This document shows positions 51,854-64,000 of a stretch of DNA of 64,000 nt, one piece after another. Made by a program: the position numbers and the translations under genes. The notes beneath the pieces are model-generated. The model was not told where the DNA came from, made no database searches, and worked only from the letters and a program-made list of their open reading frames with translations. Within the stretch, counting starts at the first letter, position 1; every line of letters begins with the position of its first letter. The stretch spans positions 32,488,001-32,552,000 of the forward strand of contig NC_043010.1 in assembly GCF_006345805.1 (NCBI RefSeq), in the 5' to 3' direction. Source of the stretch: Octopus sinensis. Taxonomy: Eukaryota.

Positions 51854-51993
51854 TATATATATATATATAAAATAAAATAGGGAAGATAGAGAGCTTCTTA
51901 CAATGTAAAAAGAGAAAAGTTTGATAACCTTTATTTATATGTTTTAAGTACAAAGCATCATTATCAGAAGTAAAGAGTCATGTTAGTCTATAC

Positions 51994-52089
51994 CAATGGT
52001 TCCCAACTTTTTCACATTGGTTCCCAACCCTTTTATTTAAAAAAGAGTTTTCCCCATGGACCACTTTTTGATATGCTTATCCTTATCTG

Positions 52090-52132
<43 letters not shown>

Positions 52133-52210
52133 TTGAATTTAATTCACAGACCCCTAGTGCTAGCTTTGCAGACCACCAGGCTTCTGCACACCTCAGGTTG
52201 GGAACCACTG
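51994..52210. mobile_element. hAT (Charlie-like) MITE, 217 bp
   Basis: 14-bp TIRs CA(A/G)TGGTTCCCAAC. Perfect 8-bp TSD GTCTATAC at 51986-93 and 52211-18. Confidence 0.9.
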
Positions 52211-52471
52211 GTCTATACAATACCAGTTGGGCTCACATTTCTCGATTGTTTGTGTCTGATGATGGGCTGAAACATATGAAAGTTATTAATTTTTTTCATT
52301 TGTGCATTGTAAGAAACTTTCTGTCTGCACTATTTTGTTATTTTACTTATTTATCACAATGCTTCAAGCAAGATACAAGGCTCTTTTATAATATCATCAT
52401 TTTTTAACATCTATTTTCCATGCTGGCATTAACTGAACATATATGTACACACATATATATCTACATATATT

Positions 52472-52514
<43 letters not shown>

Positions 52515-52553
52515 TATACATATGTGAAGAGTTGTTTTTTCTGTTATTTACAG

Positions 52554-52712
52554 GTGAGAGGTCTGCCAGGAATCTATTTAGCCAATCAGGAACCAAGTGA
52601 ACTGAATCTGAAAGAAAGTGGAAGAAGAACCTACATTTCTTTTGATAAAGGAGGGAACTGGAGCTTAATTCCGGTCCCATCTGATATGAAATCCCAGTGT
52701 AAATCTGACAAG
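52554..52712 (+). CDS. SORCS-like: VPS10-domain receptor exon (VRGLPGIYLAN...ISFDKGGNW...QCKSDK)
   Basis: Acceptor ttatttacag, donor GTAAAG at 52713, 159 nt. Contains the Asp-box SFDKGGNW. Confidence 0.9.
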
Positions 52713-54214
52713 GTAAAGATTATTCACTATGGGTCCATTTCATGGGTTTGTAAGAGTATTGACAAGGTAAAACTACTCCCAGAGTCAAGAGTATTGCCAT
52801 TATTTTGTTCTGATTTTCCCCCTTATATTAGTGTTTCTTGTTATTTTCCCTCAAGTTGTGCTATGATGAATGATATTTCAGCCATGACCATCCAGTTTAT
52901 TACTTAGACACACAGCATATCCGTTATATAGGTCCAATGATTGGGGATGGAGTGATAGAGAATTGCTCTGTTAGTTTGCCTCATCATAAAATATTTTGTA
53001 AGACAGCACAGTGTAATTGATCATGCATTGTTTCTGATAATGGTGCGTTAATAAAAGTAACTGTTTGACAAACAAAGTGTGTTTGTCATTACAGTTGTTT
53101 TAATGTTGGTAGGCTTGAGCAAATATTTCTTACTGTTGCCCTGGGACAATCCAAGCCTTGGAGTGAAATTGGAAACTGTGTGGAATCTTGTTAAATGGAT
53201 TGTACCTGTGATTTAATGGGTCAACCTCATTACACTTTGTCACTCTGACTCACCTTAAGAACTCCATTAAGGGTACTCATTACTGTGGAATACTCAGCCT
53301 CTTATATGATGATTCGGCAAGTTGATCAAGCTACCAAATACTCATCATCAAAATCAGCTGAGATCTTTTTTATATGCCATACTAGCATGTCTCAGAAGGT
53401 ACAAAGTTCTTGATATTGAATTTTTTGCATGATATTGTGTATTTCTTCATGTATATTTAATAATATACTATATTTGATGGTATGGTTTGTTTGTTTGGTT
53501 AGCGTGTTTCACTCTAAGAGGTTATATACATATTTCTATACTCATAGCTCTTACATGTATTATATTCTACCATCTCCTTTCAACCACACCACTTTCTGTA
53601 GTCACCTGCAGGAATATCTTTCTATTCCCCTAATATTTAACTCTTCTCATTGTAACATCGACTGCTTCTTTCTTCAGCAACGTTTGCAGTCTCTTGTTCG
53701 AAGTATGTATGTGAAATCAGAAAAATATATTCATGTATTAAAGTTATATGTACAAATGTGAAATCAGAACAAGGTATCATAGATTTATCATTTATTTTTA
53801 TCAGAGTCATAAACATGACATGTATATTGAACGTGTCCAGCCTGAGTAAACCCCTCACTACCATCACATTAAAACTACTACTACTACCACTACTACTACT
53901 ACTACTACTATTATGATTAGAATAATGTATTCTCTTCTCCTTTCAACACTTGCCTGTTTACCAAATGAGGGAATCTCTTTGAGAATTCTTTTCATGATTC
54001 CATTCAACATATTGAGATTTGCTTTGCTGATGGGAATGTGCATTCATCATAAACCCAGCCACTGGAACAACTCTGTAGTTTATGTCTTTCAGTACATTTT
54101 TCTGAAATAATTCCTGTTGACCTGATTTTTCCTTTCAGTTTCAACTTCATCACAAATTCTTTCTAGAATTATTCTCTTTTTCTATAACACACACCGACCA
54201 ACCCATTGCAACAA

Positions 54215-54253
<39 letters not shown>

Positions 54254-55138
54254 CAGTAGCAGTAGTAGTAGCAGTAGTAGCAGCAGCAGCAGCAGCAGCA
54301 GCATATCTAATTAATCATTGATTAATAATATATTTATTAACTTCAATCCAATTAGAGCTGATAATATTATTCTCACTGACATTGAAATCTCAGTTATCCC
54401 ACAACTGTATCTCTTAGATTGGACAACGTCTACTAAATTTGCCAAACGTTTGAACTACTCTTTAAGCATATTCCTGTACCATTGCTCACTTGCAGTAGAG
54501 AGCCATTGCTAGTTAACAGCATAGTAGCTGAATTGCATTGCTTTCAAGCAATGTAGCAACACAGCACAACAGTACCATTGCTTGTAGTATAGCAACAGGA
54601 TACTTATGGTACCTAAAATCATAGGGTGTAGTGCCTTTGCTGTCTAGTAACAGGGCAATTATAACAGTATAGTAACCAACTATCATTAATAGCTGGAAGT
54701 GAAAGAATAGAGTGTCATTGCTAAAGCTATCAGTGGAACATTAGAATGTTGTTGTTAGGTGATAGTAGAATCATATCAGTATGTAGGAGTAGAAATTGTT
54801 GTTTAGTCCCAGAGTGACCCTGGTTGAATAGATTTATATGATCAAATGCTGTCAGCTATAACCATCTATCTGATTTTCCAAAATAGTGGGCCCTAGAATA
54901 CATCATTCAGTGAATCTTTTATTACATTTCAGAGGTATTTAGCTATTATTTTTAGTATGGGTACACAAACCAGTTAAAACATTTCTATTAGGAGATTCCA
55001 GATGGGAATGGACAACTGACTGGTTTGAGGGATTTTATCCTCCCAAGGTGGCACGTTTCACACCTTTAGGAATGTCTTTGTTTTTTGTATAGAATTATAC
55101 TTATGTGTAATCTGTTGTACATTCTGTAATGTGTATAT

Positions 55139-57421
55139 TGGGGATACAACTTTTTTGCCATTTCATAGTCCTATATCATATTCTGATGAACTTTTGAAAA
55201 AAATAATTGAAAATCAATGTTTTTTTTTTGTATTTGATCAAAAAAGTTCACCCATGACTAACTTTGAAATTTTTACACTTGGTTTCATTTAGGTAGATTT
55301 CCAAAAACTAGAACCTTGTTTGAATAATAAACAAAAAAGGGGAAAAGATCCAAAACGTTTAATCTATAACTGTTTAAAGAACTGTATTCTGCATTCCAGA
55401 ACAATAAAAAGGTCATATGAAGTTAAATTAATCAATAGTCAAGTTGTGGCAAGACATTAGAGAGAATCAAACGCAATGGCAAGTTGGCTTTGTTCTTGCA
55501 TGTGGCATGTAGTTCTTGTATGACCTTAATTGCTCACTCACAGCATTGATTACTTCTGATGATGTTCAGTTTTGATGCTTCTTGTTTCCAGTGATTTGTC
55601 AAGCATTTCAAAGCAGTCTTGTAGGGTAACAAGGCTTGCAATAGCTCTGCATAATCTTCAGCTCTATACATTTGGTACTGAACCAGTCATAAGAGATGAA
55701 CTGGCAGACCATCTGCAATCTTTCTCTCACATGTGGCATGAGGCAAAATGCAAGAAGGGCTAAGATTGCTCGCAAATTCCATCTGGCATTACTGATGTTC
55801 AGCATTTTCTAGAACTTGATGAAAGGTAGGTCTCCGTTTTCATGGAAGAACCTGAAGGCACAGGTTAATTGAAACAGAAACTTCATATCATCTCTCCAGC
55901 CAGCTTGATCTTCAATAACATATATTCCATTCTGGAAGGAGCCTTGGATGTTCTTCATAACTTGTCATGGGTTCTCTGACAAAAAAATTATTCGATGTTG
56001 GGTAAATTGCTCATGCCTGCTAGCTTCTCATCCATAATAATGTGCAGGATTCTGTCCAATACATGGTGTTGGCAGCTCACAAATTGTGGTATATATTAGC
56101 CTTTGCTCAATAACATTCCCTGTAGTCTAACAAGTACCCTACTCTTCCACTTGATTTCACTTGTTTCACTCTTGATGTCAACTGCTTGATATTCATCTCC
56201 ATCAATATGTTTACCATCGAAATGCAGACTCCATTTCTGATTGTGTTGTATATCGATCAAGTGTTTCTTCATTTCACCAGCTTTCTTGAAGAGTGCCTTA
56301 TAAATGCCTCACTGACTAGGAGCTGGGATATCGCTGCCCTCCTCTGACAACTGTTTGCGGATTTTTGCAGCTCTGTTGGTAGACACGTTTGTTCCAGTTA
56401 CAAATCTCGTACCAGTTGCAGATTTGTTGTGCCTTCTTGTGGAGGAATAAGTACCATCACTTTCACTTTCATTTTGATCAACTCTATCATCTTCACCATA
56501 ATTGTACTCTTCAATATCTTCTTCAGAGTCACTGTCAGTATCCAGGACTGTTGGGTTTGATAAAGAATAGGAGGTTTCAGCATCAGAGCATCTTCTTTTG
56601 GAAGGATGGATATTGTGCTTGCTTGCAGCTTTGCCTGTCGAATAACCCATTTTGCTCTTGCTTTGGAGTCGAATGGAGTAGAGCGGTTTGTCATCACTGT
56701 GGACTTTGGTGATATCGAACAGTTCTTCTAATGGCTTAACTTTTCCTTCCTTATGCATTTGTCATACAAATGAAGCACATTTTCAAGTTGAACCCTATTG
56801 CTTGCTCAGAAATTATCAGAAAATTGAATTATCTCTCCCCAGTAGTGTCACCTCTCTTGATAATTCTGCCACTCTCTTCTTTCTGCCTTTAATTTATTTT
56901 GCAAGAAACTGATCCAACCAACAATCTGCTCCTTGAGTGATATTCAGCTTCTGCTGGCCAGTGAGGCTTCTTCTACAGGCGTGTGACCTCTAGATGAATG
57001 GCACTGGAAGTGAATCAAATTTCTCCTCCACTTCTCCTTGTTCTTCTAAACAATTTCAAAGCTTTTCTTGAATGACATGACACCGGCAGTCATGCAGAAC
57101 TCACACTGAAACCAAAACAACAAGGGTAAAAGTAAAAGAACTTAATTTTTGTTTCATGACTAAGCATGATGACTCAGTAATACAATCTAATCACCACTGA
57201 AGTCTTATAAACGATAAGAATTTATTGAAAGCCAAGAGTACTATGCAACCTTGCCCATATTCAAACAAGATTTGCATAAGAATACACACACGGATTCACA
57301 GGTGAACTTTTTTAAAGATAGCTGAAAAGTGAGTTCACTTCAGTTACTTATGCATAAAAGCTCATCTAAATATGACACAGAAAATTGTTTTTGAGGCAAA
57401 AATTAAAAAGTAGTATCCCTA
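55139..57421 (-). mobile_element. hAT-superfamily (hATm/hATx-like) DNA transposon, 2283 bp, with decayed transposase
   Basis: 8-bp TSD GTGTATAT at 55131-38 and 57422-29. Termini T(G/A)GGGATAC(A/T)ACTTTTT with long imperfect subterminal IRs. Minus-strand pieces LHFDGK, CQHHVLD and SNARW. Confidence 0.75.
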
Positions 57422-57629
57422 GTGTATATCCTTTCCTTTTTTATTGTATATATACATCCTAACACATTTTGTAATCTGTTAAACTTCTATTATGTATATA
57501 CCCCTTCTGCTATGTACTGGAAATGTTTGTAATCATTGTTTTAAGGAATTCCTCTGGTCAATAAAGGAAGTTATTTTTGTTTGTTTATTAATTGTTAGGC
57601 AGAATTCTTGTTTAAGCACCACATATAAT

Positions 57630-58710
57630 CCCTCATGACTCATTCATTTTTCAGAACTTTCAGAAATTTTTTGAAAGTTTGTATTCTACACACAGGAATT
57701 CATATGATGATGCAAAAGAAAAGATGTATTTTGATTTTTTTTTTTTTAATCCTCCTTCTCCTCATAAATCCTAAAATTTCAGCTCTTTTTCTAATTTTTT
57801 TTTTTTGTTTAAACCATAGTTTTAAAGTATAGACAGACCGAATCTGTCATTTGTTTCAGTTTATAATTTCAAAATAATATTTGAAATCGAAATTCAGAAA
57901 GTTAAAAATATTTACATATGCACACATATGGATCAAAGCACACCATGTAACTGGTTATAACATTTCAACTTTTTGTACTTTCAAACACTTTTTTACAAAA
58001 TTTTTGTTCTACACACTGGACCTCATGCAATTATGCAAAACAAATTTTTTTTATTAAGATTTTTTATCCCCTCTTCCCCCATAAATCCTTACAGAGGCTC
58101 CAATACACAGATATTGGAGAGACTGAGGTCATTGCTTGGATTTATCCACAGTGATTTAAAAAAGGTATGTGAAAGATAGTTTATTTTAATAGCATACTTT
58201 TCTGTTAGTAAATGCTTTTCCTTACATATACACACACTCTTCGTGCAGAGTGGCAATTAAGAATTTAAATTACAAAAAGTTTTTTTTGCTTAAATCCCAG
58301 CAATGGACCATCCTTGAGTGCATCATTATTCCATTAAATGTGTTTATAAGGAGAAAAATATTGAAAAGCATCAATACTTGTCAGATTGACAAATTGACAA
58401 GGGAGGTACTGGGTGGTCATGGGATGTGCTAAAAATTGACTAAATATTTTTTAAATCACACACCTTTTCTTCTGAGAATTATTTTGAAATTAGAAACAGA
58501 AACAAATGGCAGATTCTAATTGTTCATATTTTAAAACTATGATTAAAAACAAATTTTGAAAAAAAAGTTGAAATTTTAGGAATTATTGTGGGTGAGTGGA
58601 ATAAAAATTAAAAAAAAATTTTTGCATAATTGTATGAATTCCTGTGTGTAGAAAACAATTTTGCAAAAGTTTCCTGAAAATTCCAAAACATAAAAAAGTT
58701 ATGAGAATGA
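57630..58710. mobile_element. Non-autonomous element with ~100-bp imperfect inverted arms and a third internal copy (~57975-58060)
   Basis: ttctacacacaggaattcata at ~57680 matches the reverse complement at ~58630-58655. Confidence 0.5.
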
Positions 58711-58724
58711 TGCAATTAACTAGC

Positions 58725-59804
58725 ATTCTTCCCCAAAATTTCAGGCTTTGTGCCTATAGTAGAAAGAATTATTATTATTATTAAAAAAGGTGGTGAGCCA
58801 GAGCTGGCAGAATCATTAGCATGCTGACCAAAATGCTTATCCATGTTTTGTCTGTCTTCAAATTCTACTGAGGTAAACTTTGCCTTTCATCCATTTGGGG
58901 GTCAATAAAATAAGTACCGGTTGAGCACTGGGAGTCGATGTAAGTGACTAACCCACTTACCTTAACATTGCTGGATTTGTGCCAAAATTAGTAAGAATTA
59001 TTAATAATATTAGTATGATTGACAGGACCATTAGAACACCAGTCAAAATCTTCTGTGGGATTTATTGCTGATTTTTATGCTCTAAGTTCAAATTGCACTG
59101 AAATTAGTTTTGATTTTCATCTTTCAGATGGTGGGGGAATAAATAAAATAAAATATCAGTCAAATATTGGGATTAATATAATCAACTTTTCCTCCCACTA
59201 AATTTGAGACTTTATGTCTATGAAAGAAAATGTTGTTATTAAAAATAAGTACCAGTTGAGCCCTGGAGTCAATGCATTGAACTTACTCTTCCCCTAAAAG
59301 TTGCTGGCCTTGTACCAAAATTTGAAAGCATTATTGCAAGCCGGCAGAATTGTTAGCAGACAAAATGCTTAACATAAATTTGATTTGTCTTTATGTTCTG
59401 AGTTCAAATTCTGCCAAGGTCAACTTTACCTTTGATCCTTTCAGGGTTATTAAAAGGTGTACCATTTGAATACTGAGATCAATGTAATTGACCTAACCTC
59501 TCCCCTGAACTTGCTGGCCTTGTAGCAAAATTTGAAACTATTATTATTAAGACAGTGAGCTGACAGACTCGTTAGCATGCTGGAAGAAGTGCTTAGCGGT
59601 ATTTCGCCCATTGCTATGTTCTGAGTTCAAATTCTGCTAAGGTCAACTTTGCCTTTGATCCTTTCAGGGTTAATAAAAGTACCAGTGAAACACTGGGGTC
59701 GATATAATCAACTAGTCCCCTCCCCAAAAATTTCAGGCCTTGTGCCTATAGTAGAAAGGATTGTTGTTATTATTATTATTGTGTTATTATTATTATTATT
59801 ATTA

Positions 59805-59843
<39 letters not shown>

Positions 59844-60065
59844 TATTATTATTATTATTAGCAAGGCAGTGAGCTGGCAGAACCATTAGTACACCAGGCA
59901 TAATGCTTAGTGGCATTTCATCCGTCATTATGTTCTGAGTTCAAATTCCACTGAGGTTGACTTTGCCTTTCATCCTTTCAGGGTGGATAAATTAAGTACC
60001 AGTGATGTAATTGACTAGTCTCCTCCCCCAACATTTCAGGCCTCTTGCCTTTAGTAGAAAGGATT
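58725..60065 (+). mobile_element. Head-to-tail array of about 6-7 family-1 SINE copies or fragments separated by (TAT)n tails
   Basis: Repeated gagctggcagaa...gagttcaaatt...ggccttgtg units at ~58785, 59015, 59240, 59337, 59550 and 59862. Confidence 0.8.
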
Positions 60066-60093
60066 ACTACTACTACTTTTCTTATTATTTCAG

Positions 60094-60276
60094 TTATCTA
60101 AATGTTCTTTGCATCTACATCTGCAACAAATGGAAGTGCTTTTCAATGTTCCTCGCATACTGTCTGATGAAAATGCTCCCGGCCTTATATTGGCACATGG
60201 TAGTGTTGGTGATCAGCTTTCATTTCAAGATGTCAGCGTTTTCATCTCTAGAGATGCTGGTGTTCATTGGTATTCA
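60094..60276 (+). CDS. SORCS-like: VPS10-domain receptor exon (LSKCSLHLHL...APGLILAHGSVG...ISRDAGVHWYS)
   Basis: Acceptor tattatttcag, donor GTGAGT at 60277, 183 nt. Contains CSLHLH, APGLI and the Asp-box SRDAGVHW. Confidence 0.92.
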
Positions 60277-60302
60277 GTGAGTGTTCATCTATTATGATTC
60301 TT

Positions 60303-60333
<31 letters not shown>

Positions 60334-60710
60334 CCATCATTATTGTTGTTGTTGTATGTAATAGATTCAATAAAAAAAACTTTAGAATAGGTATCCTTTC
60401 ATTTTACTGCTTAGTATCACTAAGTATGGATAATTCGAGTTTTTTGTTTCCTGGTCAAACTCAGTTTCATTATATAGTTGCATGCTAACAAACATAGGTT
60501 TCAGTCAATTTTGAGAAAATTAAAATTAATATGTTAATGAAAATCATTGCTAATGAAAAACACTGCTAATGCTAATTATTGTTAAGAAAGGCAAGGGGGA
60601 GAAATTTAAATTGATAAAGTATTAAAATAGTCATGTGGTATAGAAATAGGCAGAGAAGTCAGTAGTCTGGGATATAGATTGTTTACTAAAGAATCTTTAC
60701 TTTCTTTCAG

Positions 60711-60802
60711 GCACCATTCCATGGCCTTCATGAGTTGAATATTCTGGACCAAGGTAGCGCCATCACAGCACTAAATGCCAGTTGGAAAACTCGAGAGATA
60801 TA
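60711..60802 (+). CDS. SORCS-like: VPS10-domain receptor exon (APFHGLHELNILDQGSAITALNASWKTREI, ends in phase 2)
   Basis: Acceptor tttctttcag, donor GTAAGT at 60803, 92 nt. Contains the LDQG motif. Confidence 0.85.
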
Positions 60803-61131
60803 GTAAGTGTTTGCTAATATTTATATTTATTTCTGTTCTTTTTTTGTAATAGGTTTGCAAGTTAAATGTAAATTTTATGATGTGTCTGATTCATTTGCAT
60901 TTCACATTAGAGTCGGTGGAAAATCACAGGTTCACTGCATTCTAATGTTGAGAAAAACAAGGGAGTATTTGTAACTCAATGTAGAGCAAATATCTCAAAG
61001 AACTTTCTTCCTAGAATACTAGTTTTTTGCTTTCTCATGGATCTTTACAACCTTCACTGATAAACACAGGTGAATGATGTACACATATATACAAAGCCTT
61101 CTGAGTGTGTGTGTGTGTATGTGTGTTTGTT

Positions 61132-61189
<58 letters not shown>

Positions 61190-62149
61190 TGTGTGTATTT
61201 GTGTGTGTGTTATTCAATGTGTTCATGTGTGTGTATGTGTTATTCCATGATCAAGAAAGCTTTGGTCAAGCAGAATTATTTTCAGTGCTCTAACATATAA
61301 CCTTTTAGTTGTTTCGAGATATGTAATTTGAAAATGGGAAGATTTACCTGATATTTCTAACAGATTGTCACATTCAGGTTCTCTTCTTAGCTTGCCATTT
61401 CTTAGATTGATTACTTCTGCTTACTATTTGTCTAGCAGAGAGGTAAGCAGCAGGTGGGCTACTCAGGTGTCTCTGTGGATTTCTGCACTTCTTTCAAAAT
61501 AGCTGATCTATTATTTTCTGATTTATGTCAGAAATAAATGTTTACCTGATTGTCTTTGGTTTAAGTTCCTTCATGTTAACTTTTATTCAAGACATACCTA
61601 TGTGGGGTGGGGATGGAGAGACAATGGAGTTGTTTGAAGTCGTAAAGTGCAGAAAGGAACTTGGTTGAGTTTGCCACTGTAGCGTGGAGAAGGGGAATGA
61701 GAGAAGAACAAGAACTAGAGGAATTTCTTTTTTATGTATTTTTACTTCTTTTACATTAATTTCCCATGTTTGCATCAATTGGAATGCTTTTTGATTAGAA
61801 TCCTTGATTTTAGTTTGAAAGTTTTACATTTGAATGATATCCCTTTTATGGCAGCCCAGGAGAGTTGAGAATCTTGTTCAAGGGGAAGAACACTGAGCGT
61901 TTGTTCAGTAGTCTAGCACCTTAACCTCTCATCTTTTGTAACTCACAGTGATGGTGCCAGCTATAAATTTCCTATCCATGTCAGAACAAGATATTTGTGG
62001 AAGTTATATGCCAGCAATTTAAGCTGAGATTGTCTGCTTGTCAAAACTATCTCATCGATCAAGTTCTTACTAACACAAGACAATTGCATCAAGTTAGTTT
62101 ATGAAACAAGGACAGGATACATACATACATACATATGTACATACAGACA

Positions 62150-62195
<46 letters not shown>

Positions 62196-63129
62196 AACAC
62201 ACATCACACACATATATTTATGTATGTATGCATGTGTACATATGTATATGTACATATATATATGCACATATAAATGTGTATGTATATAAATATATACATA
62301 CATGCACACACATTCACACATATACATGTATGTATGTCAATATATATATATATATCTATATATATATATATATATATATATGCATACACACATATACACA
62401 TATGCACATACACACACACTGTACAATGAATAACATTTGTAGTATGAAGTAATACGCTCTTGCCACAAATATTGAATTTTTTTTTAAATAATCCAGTTGG
62501 AAGGAAGAAACCACTTTAGAAATATTAATTTAGAGAAAAGGAAGCAGTAGCATACCAGGTTAAATCTCTTTTAGTATTTAGTATTTAGTTCAAATTACAT
62601 TAGGAACACCATCATCTTTTATCTTCCAGCTCAACCTAGTAAATGCTAGTAATGGACACACTGGATAAATAATGTAAATGTTCATATATGAATTATTTAG
62701 TTAACACATATTTTTAACGTCACTGTGAAGGATAGTTACAATATTTAAATGATATATATCTACTTTTCAACTTAATCTCTCACAGTATAATGCTTCTATT
62801 AATTATTATCATTATCATCCTTGCCATTTTAAAGCCTACTTATCCATGCTTACATGAGTCAGACAAAATTCATTGAGATAAATTTTCTGCAGCCAAATGC
62901 TCTTCTTGTGATTATCTCTCACACGTTTGCAAGTGAGGTATTATTTTCCTAGTCTGTCACACAATGACCAGATATATTTTCATGGAAAAGTGCAAACAAA
63001 ACACATTGCCTTTTTTTATTATGGTGATGTTTGTTTACAATTAGTATGTGATGTCAAGACAAGGAAACTCAAGACCACATGTAAGCACACTCACACACAC
63101 ACACACACACACAGACCTACATCTATACA

Positions 63130-64000
63130 TAGATTCATGGACACTTATGTCTTCACATGTATATGACTGTATGCTGCAGGACATGCTGAGAAGGATTTTG
63201 CAGGCATTTGAGATTAATGGACTACTTCTGGTTCCTATGCAAATGCCAAGATTTTTATGTTCAGGTAAATGGTCAAAACCGTTCAATGTGAGTACTAGAC
63301 TTCAACAGACTTCATAATTTTTATGAACTGGATTGATATGCACAGATGTTGTGGAAGTGATATCACATTCGATAGGTGTAGGACCAACCAGCTGATATTG
63401 GCAGCAGATGATATGGTGCTACTTGGTTCATCAGAAGGTGATTTCCAGCTTGCACTGAATAGGTTTACTGCTGAGTGCTGCAAGACAGGGATAAGAATTA
63501 GTGTTGCAAAGAGTGAGACATTGATCCTCTCAAACAAAAGGTCTTCTTGGTGCACCCTGCAGTTTAGTGAATCACTGAAATGAGTGAAGAAGTAATTTGG
63601 GAGTCATATTCATAGGTAATAGAAGGTAGGAGGTTGAATTGGATGCTAGAATTACATTCAGTCTTCAGAAGAGAAGAGGTTTTAAAAAAGAAAAACTTGC
63701 TACCCTCAGTTCATTTTTCATATCAATTCTCAGTTAATAGTCGTGAATGTTGGTGATGACTAAAAGTCTACAATCGTGAATACAAGCAGTTAAAATGAGG
63801 TTCCTCTGAAGGATCTCTGAAGTAACAGACATCAGGGGGTTTCTCCAGTCTCTCTGATTAGAATGTCACAGGAAAGAATTACAAGATGGATTCTTCAAGT
63901 TGAGTCAACCAGCAGGAGACCTAGGGGGAGATTAAGAATGAGATGGTTGGATATCATCCATGGTCTCAGTTTGTCATGCTTGGGAATTCAGCCAGAAAGT
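63130..64000 (+). mobile_element. Decayed RTE (Expander/Rex3-like) LINE RT fragment
   Basis: AADDMVLLGSSEGDFQLALNRFTAECCKTGIRISVAKSETLIL. Confidence 0.75.

Larger units (their letters stand above)
951..60802 (+). other. SORCS-like: Partial multi-exon gene for a VPS10-domain receptor (SorCS-like). Five internal coding exons lie in the window; the gene continues beyond both ends.
   Basis: The exons splice in frame (phases 0,0,0,0,0,2) into 695 nt with no stop. Asp-box motifs ISFDKGGNW and ISRDAGVHW are present, plus DLYQV, CSLHLHL and LDQG, as recalled for SorCS VPS10 domains. Confidence 0.85.

Noticed and set aside
52250-52285. ctgatgatgggctgaaacat hammerhead-like string (weaker ones at ~9340-9400, 29890-29950, 36610-36680 and 44140-44200)
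   Set aside because: Stem II half is deleted or core nucleotides are missing; no complete fold.
52443-52907. 154-aa ORF spanning exon 3
   Set aside because: It is the exon plus flanking (GT)n and intron read-through. Only 52554-52712 (possibly to 52766) is supported.
54020-54085. Minus-strand QSCSSGWVYDECTFPS resembling an SLC22 transporter loop
   Set aside because: Short, ends in a stop, has no supporting exons or splice sites, and is probably chance within a decayed repeat.

Overview
AT-rich, microsatellite-dense eukaryotic DNA. The repeat families resemble those of octopus (coleoid cephalopod); this is inferred, not verified. The window lies inside one plus-strand gene. Five GT-AG coding exons (951-1040, 18073-18243, 52554-52712, 60094-60276, 60711-60802) splice in frame into about 231 aa of a VPS10-domain beta-propeller receptor most like SorCS. 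The introns (17.0, 34.3, 7.4 and 0.43 kb) are filled with decayed transposons: RTE, CR1/L2-type, R4/Dong-type and Jockey/I-like LINEs, Penelope-like elements (including Naiad-type), Tc1/mariner, a Helitron with an intact 3' end, two hAT elements with 8-bp TSDs, and two tRNA-derived SINE families. The most notable non-coding signal is a set of minimal hammerhead-ribozyme motifs from at least four sequence families. Several are on the pre-mRNA sense strand. One family has a 59-nt extended stem II showing compensatory base changes between copies 30 kb apart, and several motifs sit in inverted (fold-back) pairs. Most six-frame ORFs are microsatellite artefacts or transposon remnants.
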